Positions 21,614 to 30,963 of a stretch of DNA of 58,645 nt are shown one piece after another. The number at the start of each line of letters is the position of its first letter. Position 1 is the stretch's first letter. The DNA is from an uncultured Verrucomicrobiota bacterium (GTDB taxonomy: Bacteria; Verrucomicrobiota; Kiritimatiellia; PWTM01), in the NCBI GenBank assembly GCA_964423465.1, contig CAYRFK010000004.1, positions 1 through 58,645 of the forward strand, read 5' to 3'. Under the pieces are notes generated by a model. The model was not told the DNA's origin. It made no database searches and was given only the letters and a program-made list of their open reading frames with translations. A program made the translations under genes and the position numbers.

Positions 21614-23950
21614 TCAGGCGGAGGGCGGCGTCGGCTCGATGACGGTTGTATCCGCCGCCGGCACCGGTTCCAAGAGGCCCCGGATCACGCGGAGCATTTC
21701 GCGGGCGGGGTAGGGCTTCTGCAGGAAGGGGTAGCCGCGCTCGCGGATGGTCTCCCATCGGGAATACTCGTCCGGATAACCGCTGACCATGAGCACGGCG
21801 ATGTCGGGCTTGAGTCTTCGCAGGGAATCCACGAGCGCCACGCCGTTCTGGTCTGGAAGGACGACATCGCAGAAGAGAAGGTCAAAAGCCGCGTTGCACG
21901 ACTGGAAGGCGAGTCGAGCCTCGCCGGCGCTGTGCGCCATGGTCACCCGGTAGCCGCGCTCGCGCAGAACCCGGGCGGCCAGCTGGCAGATGCCGTCCTC
22001 GTCCTCGACGATCAGAATATGACGTTCCCCAGCCTGTTTCGGCTCCGATCCCGTGTCGGGTGCGGCGGCGGCGGGTTGGTCGACGGTCGGCAGGTAGAGC
22101 TTGAAGCAGGTGCCCTGTCCCTTCTCGCTGTACACATGCACCCATCCGCCATGCTGGTGCAAGATGCCGTGAACGGTTGACAGCCCGAGGCCGGTGCCCT
22201 TACCCATGGCCTTCGTGGTGTAGAACGGCTCAAAGATGTGCCGCAGAACCTCGGGCTCCATCCCGGTGCCCGTGTCCGTGACCGAAAGGCAGATGAAGCG
22301 TCCCGGTCTCGCATCGGCGTAGAATGCCAGATCCTGCTCTTGGAACGACACGGCCCTCGTCGCAATCGTGAGCCGCCCTCCGTCCGGCATCGCATCACGC
22401 GCATTCGAGGAGAGGTTCATGATGACGGATTCAACCTGCCCGGGATCGGCCATGATGGGACGGAGGTTCTCGGCAAGCTCCAGGTGGAGGCGGATGTGCT
22501 CGCCGATCACCCTTTGGAGCAGCCTTCCGGTACCGCGGACAATCGTATTGATATCCAGCGGCTGCGTCCGGATCAGCTGGCGGCGGCTGAAAGCGAGCAG
22601 TTGCCGAGTCAACTCGGCGGCCTGCTTGGCCGAGGAGCGGATCTGCTCGACGTCCGCCACGGCGGAATCCTCCTCCTTCATGCCGGACCGGAGAAGCTCG
22701 GCGTAGCCGAGGATGGCCTGCAGGAGGTTGTTGAAGTCGTGAGCGATGCCGCCGGCCAGCCGGCCGATGCTCTCCATCTTTCCGGCCTGCGCGAGCTGAT
22801 CCCGCAGTCGCCGCTCTTCGGATACGTCGACTTTGATCGCGATGAAATGCGAGACCTCGCCGTCCGCCCCCCGCAGGGGCGTGATCGTCATTTCCTCGGT
22901 GAACAGCGAGCCGTCCTTGCGGCGGTTGACCAGTTCACCGCGCCACACGCCGCCGTCGATGATGGTCCTCCACATGGCCTCATAGAAGGATGCGTCGTGC
23001 CTTCCGGATCGCAGCAGCGACGGCGTTCGCCCGATGACCTCGCCGCGAGCGTATCCCGTCTGTCGGGTGAACGCCGCATTGACCCAGAGGATGATGCCGC
23101 TGCGACTGGTGATGACGATCCCGTTGTCGGCCGATTCCACCGCCATGTCGAGAAGCCGGAGCCGCTCCTCGGTCTCCATCTTCTCGGTCACGTCCCGGGC
23201 CACGGCGAAGATCAACCGCTCGGAGGACAGGGGGACCGAGTTCCACGAGATCGTTCGGTAATTTCCATCCTTGTGCCTGCAGCGGTTTCGGAAGTTCGCG
23301 ACCGGCTCTCCTCCCAGCAGTCTTCGGTCCACCTCGATGGACGCTGCGTGGTCGTCCGGATGCACCAGGTGGATCCATGGCATCCCCGACATCTCCTCCG
23401 GTGACCACCCCAGCGTTCGCTGCCATGCTGGATTCAGGACCCGGAAGCGGCCGTCGAACCCCGCCACCGCAAGCAGATCCATCGAGTTGGCAAAGAGCAG
23501 GTCGCGCTCGTGTTCGAGCAGGCGGTTCCCCTGCTGCAACCGATGCTTGTCGACCATATGCCGAAGAAGGCGCGGAAGGCTTCGGGGGTCGATGTCGGCC
23601 TTTCGGATGAAGTCCACGGCGCCGCGCTTGACGGCCTCGGTGGCCAGTTCGTCCGACCCCGCTCCGGCCACGATGGCCACGGGCAGGTCCGGGTGGCTGT
23701 CCCGCAGGCGGTCGAGAAGGCCAAACGTGCCCCACCCGAAGACGCCGAGTTCGGCGACCAGCAGGCTCCATCCGCCGCGGGCGAGGCGCGATTCCATCTC
23801 GCCGGGGGTCGTGCAGCCGCACAGCTCAAACCCGGCGACCGCGTCGAGTGCCGCATGGACGCGGTCCACATCCAAGAGGGTGTCATCCACATACAGAACC
23901 CGGACGAGATCCGGGTCCCCATCTGCTTTCCCATCGACCAGTGTCTTCAT
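21614..23950 (-). CDS. Hybrid sensor histidine kinase: REC-like, two PAS domains, HisKA, HATPase_c and a C-terminal REC
   Basis: 778 aa. H-box IAHDFNNLLQAILGY. N/G boxes NARDAMPDGG, DTGTGM and GKGTGLGLS. The C-terminal receiver has HILIVEDED...LLFCDVVLPDQNG...LQKPY. The N-terminal receiver-like domain has VLYVDD. Confidence 0.9.
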   Translation of the reverse strand: MKTLVDGKADGDPDLVRVLYVDDTLLDVDRVHAALDAVAGFELCGCTTPGEMESRLARGGWSLLVAELGVFGWGTFGLLDRLRDSHPDLPVAIVAGAGSDELATEAVKRGAVDFIRKADIDPRSLPRLLRHMVDKHRLQQGNRLLEHERDLLFANSMDLLAVAGFDGRFRVLNPAWQRTLGWSPEEMSGMPWIHLVHPDDHAASIEVDRRLLGGEPVANFRNRCRHKDGNYRTISWNSVPLSSERLIFAVARDVTEKMETEERLRLLDMAVESADNGIVITSRSGIILWVNAAFTRQTGYARGEVIGRTPSLLRSGRHDASFYEAMWRTIIDGGVWRGELVNRRKDGSLFTEEMTITPLRGADGEVSHFIAIKVDVSEERRLRDQLAQAGKMESIGRLAGGIAHDFNNLLQAILGYAELLRSGMKEEDSAVADVEQIRSSAKQAAELTRQLLAFSRRQLIRTQPLDINTIVRGTGRLLQRVIGEHIRLHLELAENLRPIMADPGQVESVIMNLSSNARDAMPDGGRLTIATRAVSFQEQDLAFYADARPGRFICLSVTDTGTGMEPEVLRHIFEPFYTTKAMGKGTGLGLSTVHGILHQHGGWVHVYSEKGQGTCFKLYLPTVDQPAAAAPDTGSEPKQAGERHILIVEDEDGICQLAARVLRERGYRVTMAHSAGEARLAFQSCNAAFDLLFCDVVLPDQNGVALVDSLRRLKPDIAVLMVSGYPDEYSRWETIRERGYPFLQKPYPAREMLRVIRGLLEPVPAADTTVIEPTPPSA

Positions 23951-24137
23951 GTGAGTAACAAGGCTTGTGAAGCGTAGTCCAAACCCCTCGCGCGGAGAAC
24001 ACCAATCTTGCGCCTCCTCGGCCGGCCTCGGGCCCCGCGGGAGTGCAATATTCGACTCCGCCTCGCGTTAGCTGTTCATGGATGGCTCCGGATATGGCAG
24101 GGTCGGCGGCGTGGACGGCCCACGGAGGCGTTTCAGG

Positions 24138-25724
24138 ATGCGGCATCTCATCGTTCTGGTCACGATCGCAATCCTGTCGCCATCGCCCGCGCATCCGCAG
24201 GCGGCGACGGGGCGGGTGGCACCGTTCGAGAACGCGGCGGCGGTCCGGCCCCGCGGCCGGATCGACGAGGCGGTGTTCGCCCGCCTGAAACAGTTGGACA
24301 TCCCCGTTGCGCGGGATTGTTCCGACTCCGTCTTCGTGCGCCGGGCCTTTCTTGACGTCATCGGCACGCTGCCGACGGCCCAGGAGGCCTCGCAGTTCAT
24401 TCTCGACAAGTCCCCGGAGAAGCGGCGGCTTCTCATCGATGAGCTTCTCGATCGGCCCGAGTACGCCGACTACTGGGCGATGAAGTGGTCCGACATCCTC
24501 CGCATCAAGGCCGAGTTCCCGATCAACCTCTGGCCCAACGCCGCCCAGGCCTACCATCACTGGGTTCACGACTGCATGCGGAACAACGTTCCGTACGACC
24601 GATTCGTCCGCGAGTTGCTGACCGCCAACGGCAGCAACTTCCGCGTGGCCCCGGTCAATTTCTACCGGGCCGTCCAGAATCGCGACGCGCCCGGGCTCGC
24701 CCAGGCTGTCGCGCAGACCCTCATGGGCATGCGGGCCGACAAGTGGCCGGCCGCGCGGCTCTCGGGGATGGCCGCGTTCTTCACCAAGATCGCCTATAAG
24801 CCGACCGGGGAATGGAAGGAGGAGATCCTCCATTTCGATCCGGGGCTGGTCTGCACGAATCCGGCGGTCGCCAGGGCGGCGGTCTTCCCGGACGGAACCC
24901 CGGCCCGGATCGCTCCGGGACAGGATCCCCGCGTCGTCTTCGCCGACTGGTTCACCGCGTCCGGCAACCCGTGGATGACCCGTGCGATCGCGAACCGCGC
25001 CTGGTGCTGGTTCATGGGGCGGGGCATCATTCACGAGCCGGATGACATCCGCGAGGACAACCCGCCCATCAACCCGGAACTCCTGAGCTATCTGCAGCAG
25101 GAACTGGTCTCTTCAAAGTACGACCTCAAGCACATCTTCCGGCTGATCCTGAATTCCCAGACCTACCAACTCTCCTCGATCCCGGCATCAACGAAACCCG
25201 GCGCCGAGGCGAACTTTGCGTTCTACCCCATGCGCCGTCTCGAGGCCGAGGTCCTGATCGATGCCCTGTGCATGGTCACCGGGACGACCGAGGAATACGA
25301 AAGCCCGATTCCGGAGCCGTTCACGTTCATCCCGAAGGACGCCCGCTCGATCGAACTGCCGGATGGCAGCATCTCCAGCTCGTTCCTCGAGTTGTTCGGC
25401 CGGCCGCCGAGGGACACGGGTCTCGAGTCCGAGCGGAACAACCGCGTCACGGCGTCGCAGCGGCTTCATCTCTTGAATTCCAGCCATATCCGGCGCAAGA
25501 TCGAGCAGAGCACGAAGCTCGCGAACGCGATGTCGGCCGGGAAGAAGAATCCGCGGGAGGCGGTCAGCCGGATCTACCTGACCATCCTGTCGCGGTTTCC
25601 GACCGAGGAGGAAGGCAGGGCGCTCCGCGAGTACGTGGACTCGGGGACCGCGAAGGGGCGGGATGCGATGATCGACTTGGCGTGGGTGTTGATCAACAGT
25701 ACGGAGTTCCTGCACCGGCACTAG
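24138..25724 (+). CDS. DUF1549/DUF1553 (PSCyt2/PSD1-type) domain protein, secreted
   Basis: ATG 24138 gives a signal-like N-terminus MRHLIVLVTIAILSPSPAHP. Contains RRAFLDVIGTLPT...YADYWAMKWSDILR. C-terminal end DLAWVLINSTEFLHRH. This domain family is typical of Planctomycetes and Verrucomicrobia. Confidence 0.8.
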   Translation: MRHLIVLVTIAILSPSPAHPQAATGRVAPFENAAAVRPRGRIDEAVFARLKQLDIPVARDCSDSVFVRRAFLDVIGTLPTAQEASQFILDKSPEKRRLLIDELLDRPEYADYWAMKWSDILRIKAEFPINLWPNAAQAYHHWVHDCMRNNVPYDRFVRELLTANGSNFRVAPVNFYRAVQNRDAPGLAQAVAQTLMGMRADKWPAARLSGMAAFFTKIAYKPTGEWKEEILHFDPGLVCTNPAVARAAVFPDGTPARIAPGQDPRVVFADWFTASGNPWMTRAIANRAWCWFMGRGIIHEPDDIREDNPPINPELLSYLQQELVSSKYDLKHIFRLILNSQTYQLSSIPASTKPGAEANFAFYPMRRLEAEVLIDALCMVTGTTEEYESPIPEPFTFIPKDARSIELPDGSISSSFLELFGRPPRDTGLESERNNRVTASQRLHLLNSSHIRRKIEQSTKLANAMSAGKKNPREAVSRIYLTILSRFPTEEEGRALREYVDSGTAKGRDAMIDLAWVLINSTEFLHRH

Positions 25725-25750
25725 CCGGAGCGCACGGCGGAGGCACGGTC

Positions 25751-27133
25751 ATGAGCACGAATCGATACGACGGCCTGGTGATGCCGGTCCGGACCCTGGG
25801 TTTCGGCGGACCGATGCCCCGCCGCGAGTTGCTCCGGCGAGGGCTCTACGGCGCGGCCGGGCTCTGGCTGGCCGGACACTCCGCACCGGCCGCCGTGCCC
25901 GTGGCGGCGTCCGCCCGGGCCGCAAAGGCGAAGGCGGTCATTCAGATCTGGATGTGGGGCGGCCCGTGCCATATCGACACGTTCGATCCCAAACCCGACG
26001 CCGGACGTGACTACTGCGGCGATTTGGACAAGGCGATCGCGACCAATGTCGACGGCATCCAAGTGAACGAGAACCTTCCGCTGCTGGCGAAGCAGGCGAA
26101 CCGCTACTCGATCATTCGCAGCATGACGCACGGCGTGAACGCGCACGAGACGGCGTCCTACATGGTCCAGACCGGGCGCAAATCGGGCGACGGCCTTGTC
26201 TATCCATGCGCCGGCGCCGTCGTGTCCCACTTCAAGGGGTACGAGGCGGGATACAAGGGGCTTATCCCGCCGTATGTCGTCCTGACCAAGCCGCAGGGGC
26301 GATTCTCCGAAGCCGGGTTCATGGGCTCGCGCTACAAGCCGTTCGCCACGGGCGGCGACCCGGGCAGCAAGACCCGATTCGTCGTCGAAGGCGTCGTTGC
26401 AGAGGGAATCACCGAGGAGCGCCAGCGTGCGCGCCGCGACCTGCTCCACAAGATGGACCTGCTCGGCAACGCCGCGCCGCAGGACCCCCGCGTCGAGGCG
26501 ATGGGGCGCACCGAGAAGGAGGCCTACGACCTGATCCTCGGCGACGCCGGCAAGGTGTTCGATCTGGCCGAGGAGAAGGACGACCTCCGTGATCGCTACG
26601 GCCGGACCACTTTCGGACAGTCCTGCCTGATGGCCCGCCGCCTCGTCGAGCGCGGCGTTCCTTACGTGACGATCAACTACAACGGGTGGGACACCCACAA
26701 GCAGCATTTTCCATCCATGCGCCGCATGCTGCCGGACTTGGACAAGGGCTTTGGCACGCTGCTCGACGACCTCGCCCAGCGCGGGCTGCTGGACAGCACG
26801 ATCGTGTGGTGGGGCGGGGAATTCGGCCGCACCCCGAAGGTCCAGTGGGAGCCGCCGTGGAACGGAGGCCGCAACCACTTCGGCCGCGTCTTTTCCGTCG
26901 TCGTCGCCGGCGGCGGATTCAAGGGCGGCCAGGTGGTCGGTGCCACCGACAAGACGGGCGAGACCGTCAAAGACCGCCCGGTCTACCCGTGGGATCTGAC
27001 GTCCACCATGTACGGACTGCTCGGCATCGACCCCGGTGCCACCCTGCCGCACCCGCAGAACCGGACGGTTCACGTGGCGCCCGCGGCGTCGGAGAAGTAC
27101 GAGTCCGGCGGCCCCCTCACCGAGATCGCCTGA
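25751..27133 (+). CDS. DUF1501 (sulfatase-fold-like) protein with Tat signal
   Basis: ATG 25751. Twin-arginine region PRRELLRRGLYGAAG. Contains WMWGGPCHIDTFDPKP, typical of DUF1501, the usual partner of DUF1549/1553 genes. Confidence 0.8.
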   Translation: MSTNRYDGLVMPVRTLGFGGPMPRRELLRRGLYGAAGLWLAGHSAPAAVPVAASARAAKAKAVIQIWMWGGPCHIDTFDPKPDAGRDYCGDLDKAIATNVDGIQVNENLPLLAKQANRYSIIRSMTHGVNAHETASYMVQTGRKSGDGLVYPCAGAVVSHFKGYEAGYKGLIPPYVVLTKPQGRFSEAGFMGSRYKPFATGGDPGSKTRFVVEGVVAEGITEERQRARRDLLHKMDLLGNAAPQDPRVEAMGRTEKEAYDLILGDAGKVFDLAEEKDDLRDRYGRTTFGQSCLMARRLVERGVPYVTINYNGWDTHKQHFPSMRRMLPDLDKGFGTLLDDLAQRGLLDSTIVWWGGEFGRTPKVQWEPPWNGGRNHFGRVFSVVVAGGGFKGGQVVGATDKTGETVKDRPVYPWDLTSTMYGLLGIDPGATLPHPQNRTVHVAPAASEKYESGGPLTEIA

Positions 27134-27147
27134 ACCGGGAGCACACC

Positions 27148-29439
27148 ATGAAGGCCCACCGCTGGCGGACGGTCGCCGCGTTCGCCGTCGCGCTGGCGGC
27201 GGCCGGCCCCGCCGCCGCCCAACAGCGTGATCCGCACATCGGCTATGTGTACCCCGCCGGCGGTCAGCAGGGGCGGACCTTCGAGGTCACCGTCGGCGGC
27301 CAGTATCTCGACGGCATCTCGGACGTGGAGTTTTCCGGGCGGGGCGTGACGGTCGAGGTGGGGCGCCACATCAAGGCTCTCACGCAGCAACAGGCGAACA
27401 GTCTGCGCAACAACTTCGAGAAGATGAACCAGTTGGCCGACATGGGGAAGACCAATGCGGCCCGGGCGAAGGAGGCGGAGGCGCTCAAGAAGCGGATCGA
27501 AGAGTCGCTGCGGCAGGCCGGCATCGACGAGATGAACATGCGCGCCTTCCAGGAGTACCGCCGGAAGGCGAACGACCCCAAGAAGCAGCTCAACCCGGCG
27601 ATCTCGGAGACGGTCGTGCTGAAGATCACCCTGGCTCCCGACGCCGGACTCGGGGACCGGGAGATCCGGCTGCGGACCAGCCTCGGCCTCACCAATCCGA
27701 TGAAGTTTCAGGTGGGGCGCGTCGCCGAGATCAACGAGCGGGAACCCAACGATCGCGTTCCCGAGAAGGCCCTTGATGCGGCCCATCCCTTCGTGCTCAA
27801 CGGACAGGTCATGCCCGGCGATCTCGACAAGTTCCGCTTCCGTGCGAAGAAGGGCGAGAAACTGGTCGCCGCCGCCGCCGCGCGCTCCCTGATTCCCTAT
27901 CTTGCGGACGCGGTCCCCGGTTGGTTCCAGGCGACCCTGTCCCTGCGCAACGCCAAGGGGGTCGAGGTGGCGTACGCCGACGACAACCGGTTCGATCCGG
28001 ACCCGGTGATTTCCTGCGTCATCCCCGAGGATGGCGATTACGTCCTGGAGATCAAGGACTCCATCTTCCGCGGCCGCGAGGACTTTGTTTACCGCATTAC
28101 CGTCGGGGAGGTTCCCTATCTCTCCGGCGTCTTCCCGCTTGGCGGCCGCGCCGGTGTGCAAACCACGCTCAACGTCATGGGCTGGAATCTGCCAAAGTCC
28201 ACCCTCACCCTGACGCCCGACGGCCCGACGCCCGGCGTGCTGCCCATCGCCGTCGACAAGGGCGACCGCGTCTCCAACTTCGTCCCATTCGCCATCGATA
28301 CCCTGGCCGAATGCATGGAAGCCGAATCCAACGACGACATGGCCTCCGCGCAGAAGGTCGAGTTCCCGGTCGTCGTCAACGGGCGCATCGGGCGGGCGGG
28401 CGACCGCGACCTCTTCCGGTTCGAGGGGCGTGGCGGCGAGACCATGGTCGTCGAGGTGACCGCGCGCCGCCTGCATTCTCCGCTGGATTCCATCGTCCGT
28501 GTCTTCGATGCCACCGGTAAGCAGTTGGCCTTCAACGATGACTTCGACGACAAGGGCTCGGGCCTCATCACCCATCAGGCCGATTCGCGCGTCGAGTGCG
28601 TGCTGCCCGCCTCCGGCGCCTACATCGTCAGCGTGTCCGACACCCAAGGCAAGGGTGACGAGACCTATGCCTATCGCTGCCGCATCAGTCCGCGCCGGCC
28701 GTCCTATGAGCTGCGGGTCGTCCCTTCCAGCCTCAACCTGCGCGCCGGGGCCGCGGCTCCGCTGACGGTCTTCGCGATGCGTCGCGACGGGTTCGACGGC
28801 GAGATCGCCGTCGAGCTTCAGGACGCGCCGAAGGGATTCGTCCTTGCCGGTGGCCGGATCCCGAAGGGGGAGGAGAAGGTCCGACTGACGCTCCTCGCGC
28901 CGCCGGAGGGCACGAACCACGCCGTCCGCCTGAAGCTGCAGGGCGCCGCCACCATCCTCGGTCGCGAGGTCCGTCGGCCGGCCGTTCCGGCGGACGACAT
29001 GATGCAGGCCTTCTTCTACCGGCACCTCGTGCCCGCCGAGACGCTGCTCGCCAACGTCGTCAGCCGCGGCTTCCGCGCCCCGCCGCCCCCGCGACTTCTG
29101 GCCGACGGCCCCGTCCGGATCCCCGCCGGCGGCACCGCGGCTGTGCGCGTCCTCGTGCCCGGCCGCACCTACGTGAAGAATCTCGAACTCGAGCTCAACG
29201 AGCCGCCGGAGGGCCTCACGATCGAGAAGGTCAACTGGAACGAGCAGAACGCCGAGATCCTCCTGAAGGCCGATGGCGACAAGGCGAAGGCCGGCATCCG
29301 GGGGAACCTCATCGTCGAGTTGTTCGGCGACGGCAGCGGGTCCCGGTCCAAGGACGCGAAGCCCCCCCAGGGCGGCGGCGGGCGCAAGGTCCCCCTCGGC
29401 GTCCTCCCCGCGATTTCCTTCGAGATTGTCGCCCGCTGA
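27148..29439 (+). CDS. Secreted multi-domain protein with two pre-peptidase C-terminal (PPC)-like domains
   Basis: ATG 27148 with signal peptide MKAHRWRTVAAFAVALAAAGPAAAQQ. Two segments fit the PPC pattern: EPNDR...GDLDKFRFRAKKGEKL...YRITVGE and ESNDD...GDRDLFRFEGRGGETM...YAYRCRISP. Confidence 0.65.
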   Translation: MKAHRWRTVAAFAVALAAAGPAAAQQRDPHIGYVYPAGGQQGRTFEVTVGGQYLDGISDVEFSGRGVTVEVGRHIKALTQQQANSLRNNFEKMNQLADMGKTNAARAKEAEALKKRIEESLRQAGIDEMNMRAFQEYRRKANDPKKQLNPAISETVVLKITLAPDAGLGDREIRLRTSLGLTNPMKFQVGRVAEINEREPNDRVPEKALDAAHPFVLNGQVMPGDLDKFRFRAKKGEKLVAAAAARSLIPYLADAVPGWFQATLSLRNAKGVEVAYADDNRFDPDPVISCVIPEDGDYVLEIKDSIFRGREDFVYRITVGEVPYLSGVFPLGGRAGVQTTLNVMGWNLPKSTLTLTPDGPTPGVLPIAVDKGDRVSNFVPFAIDTLAECMEAESNDDMASAQKVEFPVVVNGRIGRAGDRDLFRFEGRGGETMVVEVTARRLHSPLDSIVRVFDATGKQLAFNDDFDDKGSGLITHQADSRVECVLPASGAYIVSVSDTQGKGDETYAYRCRISPRRPSYELRVVPSSLNLRAGAAAPLTVFAMRRDGFDGEIAVELQDAPKGFVLAGGRIPKGEEKVRLTLLAPPEGTNHAVRLKLQGAATILGREVRRPAVPADDMMQAFFYRHLVPAETLLANVVSRGFRAPPPPRLLADGPVRIPAGGTAAVRVLVPGRTYVKNLELELNEPPEGLTIEKVNWNEQNAEILLKADGDKAKAGIRGNLIVELFGDGSGSRSKDAKPPQGGGGRKVPLGVLPAISFEIVAR

Positions 29440-29453
29440 CGGGCGCAACCTTC

Positions 29454-29486
29454 AACAGCCAGCCGCCAACAACCAACACCAATGGA
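29454..29486 (+). repeat. Heptamer tandem array, CAACAxC family (4 units plus AATGG)
   Basis: CAACAGC CAGCCGC CAACAAC CAACACC AATGG, starting 15 nt after the stop of the PPC gene. Related to 38624-38643 and to 51022-51044 on the opposite strand. Confidence 0.6.
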
Positions 29487-29548
29487 TAATGGAGCGCCGA
29501 GCTGCGCGAGGCAGGAAGGGCGTCAAGGGCGGCGAGTTCGGGCTCGAA

Positions 29549-29610
29549 GTGGCAGCAGAGATAGCCGGGCGAGGGGCGGGCCCATGCGTCGGTGCTGCCA
29601 CTTTTCGGGT
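29549..29610 (+). terminator. Terminator-like long hairpin followed by a T-rich tract
   Basis: Perfect 9-bp arms GTGGCAGCA (29549-29557) / TGCTGCCAC (29593-29601), followed by TTTTCGGGTTT. The loop is large (35 nt, GC-rich), so the assignment is tentative. Confidence 0.35.
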
Positions 29611-29740
29611 TTCCTCCCGGTTCTTAATCCGCTATGCTGTGCCGTTCGGAAACACTGGAACCCGTGGAATCAGCCGTCGACCCAGCTCTTGGCGGAGGGG
29701 GATGAAGCGGCATGAGGACAGGAGCAAATCCGTGAGTGTG

Positions 29741-30178
29741 ATGGGCATACAGGAGATTCAGAACCTCCTTCCGCACCGGTATCCGTTTCTTCTCGTGGAT
29801 CGCATTCTTGAGTGCGACAACACCGAGCGGATCGTGGGCATCAAGAACCTGACGTTCAACGAGCCGTTCTTTCAGGGGCACTTCCCCGGCGCGCCCGTCA
29901 TGCCCGGCGTTCTCCAACTCGAGGCGATGGCCCAGGTCGGGGGCATCCTCCTGACCAAGATCACCGGCAAGGTGCAGGTCATGTACTTCTTGGCGATCGA
30001 CAAGGCCCGCTTCCGCCGCATCATGGGGCCGGGCGACCAGATGCGCATCGAGGTGAAGTTCCTCAAGATGCGGCTCAACATGGCCCGGTTCGCGGGCCGG
30101 GTCACCTGCGACGGCGAACTAGCATCCGAAGCCGAACTGATGTTCGGCACCGGCCGCGAGACGACGCCGACGGCATGA
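29741..30178 (+). CDS. fabZ: 3-hydroxyacyl-ACP dehydratase FabZ
   Basis: Contains LLPHRYPFLLVDRI and FFQGHFPGAPVMPGVLQLEAMAQ. The start is uncertain: ATG 29741, GTG 29732 or ATG 29702. Confidence 0.9.
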   Translation: MGIQEIQNLLPHRYPFLLVDRILECDNTERIVGIKNLTFNEPFFQGHFPGAPVMPGVLQLEAMAQVGGILLTKITGKVQVMYFLAIDKARFRRIMGPGDQMRIEVKFLKMRLNMARFAGRVTCDGELASEAELMFGTGRETTPTA

Positions 30179-30945
30179 GTACGATCCACCCGACAGCGAT
30201 CGTCGCACCGGGCGCCGAACTCGGGACGGACGTAGAGATCGGGCCCTACTGCGTCATCGGGCCCCATGTCCGCGTGGGGGACGGCACCCGCCTCGTTTCC
30301 CACGTGGTTCTCGACGGGCATCTCACGCTGGGCAGCGGATGCCGCGTGTTCCCGTTCGCGTCGCTGGGCACCATCACGCAGGACCTCAAGTACCGCGGCG
30401 GCGCCCCGAGGGTCGAGATCGGGGACGGGACCACGATCCGCGAGTATGTGACGGTCAACACGGCGACGGCCGACGGGGACGTGACACGCGTCGGCGCGCG
30501 GTGCCTGCTGATGGCCAATACGCACGTTGCCCATGACTGCGTCGTGGGCAACGAGGTCATCATGGCCAATTCCGCCGCTCTCGGCGGTCACGTCATCATC
30601 GAGGACCGGGCCATCATCGGGGGGCTGTGCGGGATCCACCAGTTCGTCCGGATCGGCACCACGTCCATCATCGGATCGGGGTCGAAGCTCTCGCAGGATC
30701 TTCCGCCCTACATGCTGGCCGATGGAAACCCCATCCGCGTGCCGACCATCAATCTTGTGGGCTTGCAGCGCCGCGGACATTCGGCGGAGGCCTGCGTCAG
30801 CCTCCGCGCGGCGCACAAGATCCTCTACCGGGGCAAGCTGAACGTCGGCCAGGCGGTTGCGCGGATCCGCGCCGAGCTTTCGGGGCCTGAAATCGACCGG
30901 TTGACGTCCTTCATTGAACGATCGGAACGCGGGATAGTCCGCTGA
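30175..30945 (+). CDS. lpxA: Acyl-ACP--UDP-N-acetylglucosamine O-acyltransferase LpxA
   Basis: 256 aa. ATGA overlap with fabZ. Starts MSTIHPTAIVAPGAELG. Has left-handed beta-helix hexapeptide repeats. C-terminal region ends ...FIERSERGIVR. Confidence 0.9.
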   Translation: MSTIHPTAIVAPGAELGTDVEIGPYCVIGPHVRVGDGTRLVSHVVLDGHLTLGSGCRVFPFASLGTITQDLKYRGGAPRVEIGDGTTIREYVTVNTATADGDVTRVGARCLLMANTHVAHDCVVGNEVIMANSAALGGHVIIEDRAIIGGLCGIHQFVRIGTTSIIGSGSKLSQDLPPYMLADGNPIRVPTINLVGLQRRGHSAEACVSLRAAHKILYRGKLNVGQAVARIRAELSGPEIDRLTSFIERSERGIVR

Positions 30946-30963
30946 TCCCGGAGGCGACTCGCC

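Noticed and set aside
29482-29715. 77-aa ORF in the spacer upstream of fabZ
   Set aside because: It has no RBS and an Arg/Gly/Cys-rich translation. It spans the terminator-like hairpin and a heptamer array, so it is most likely non-coding.
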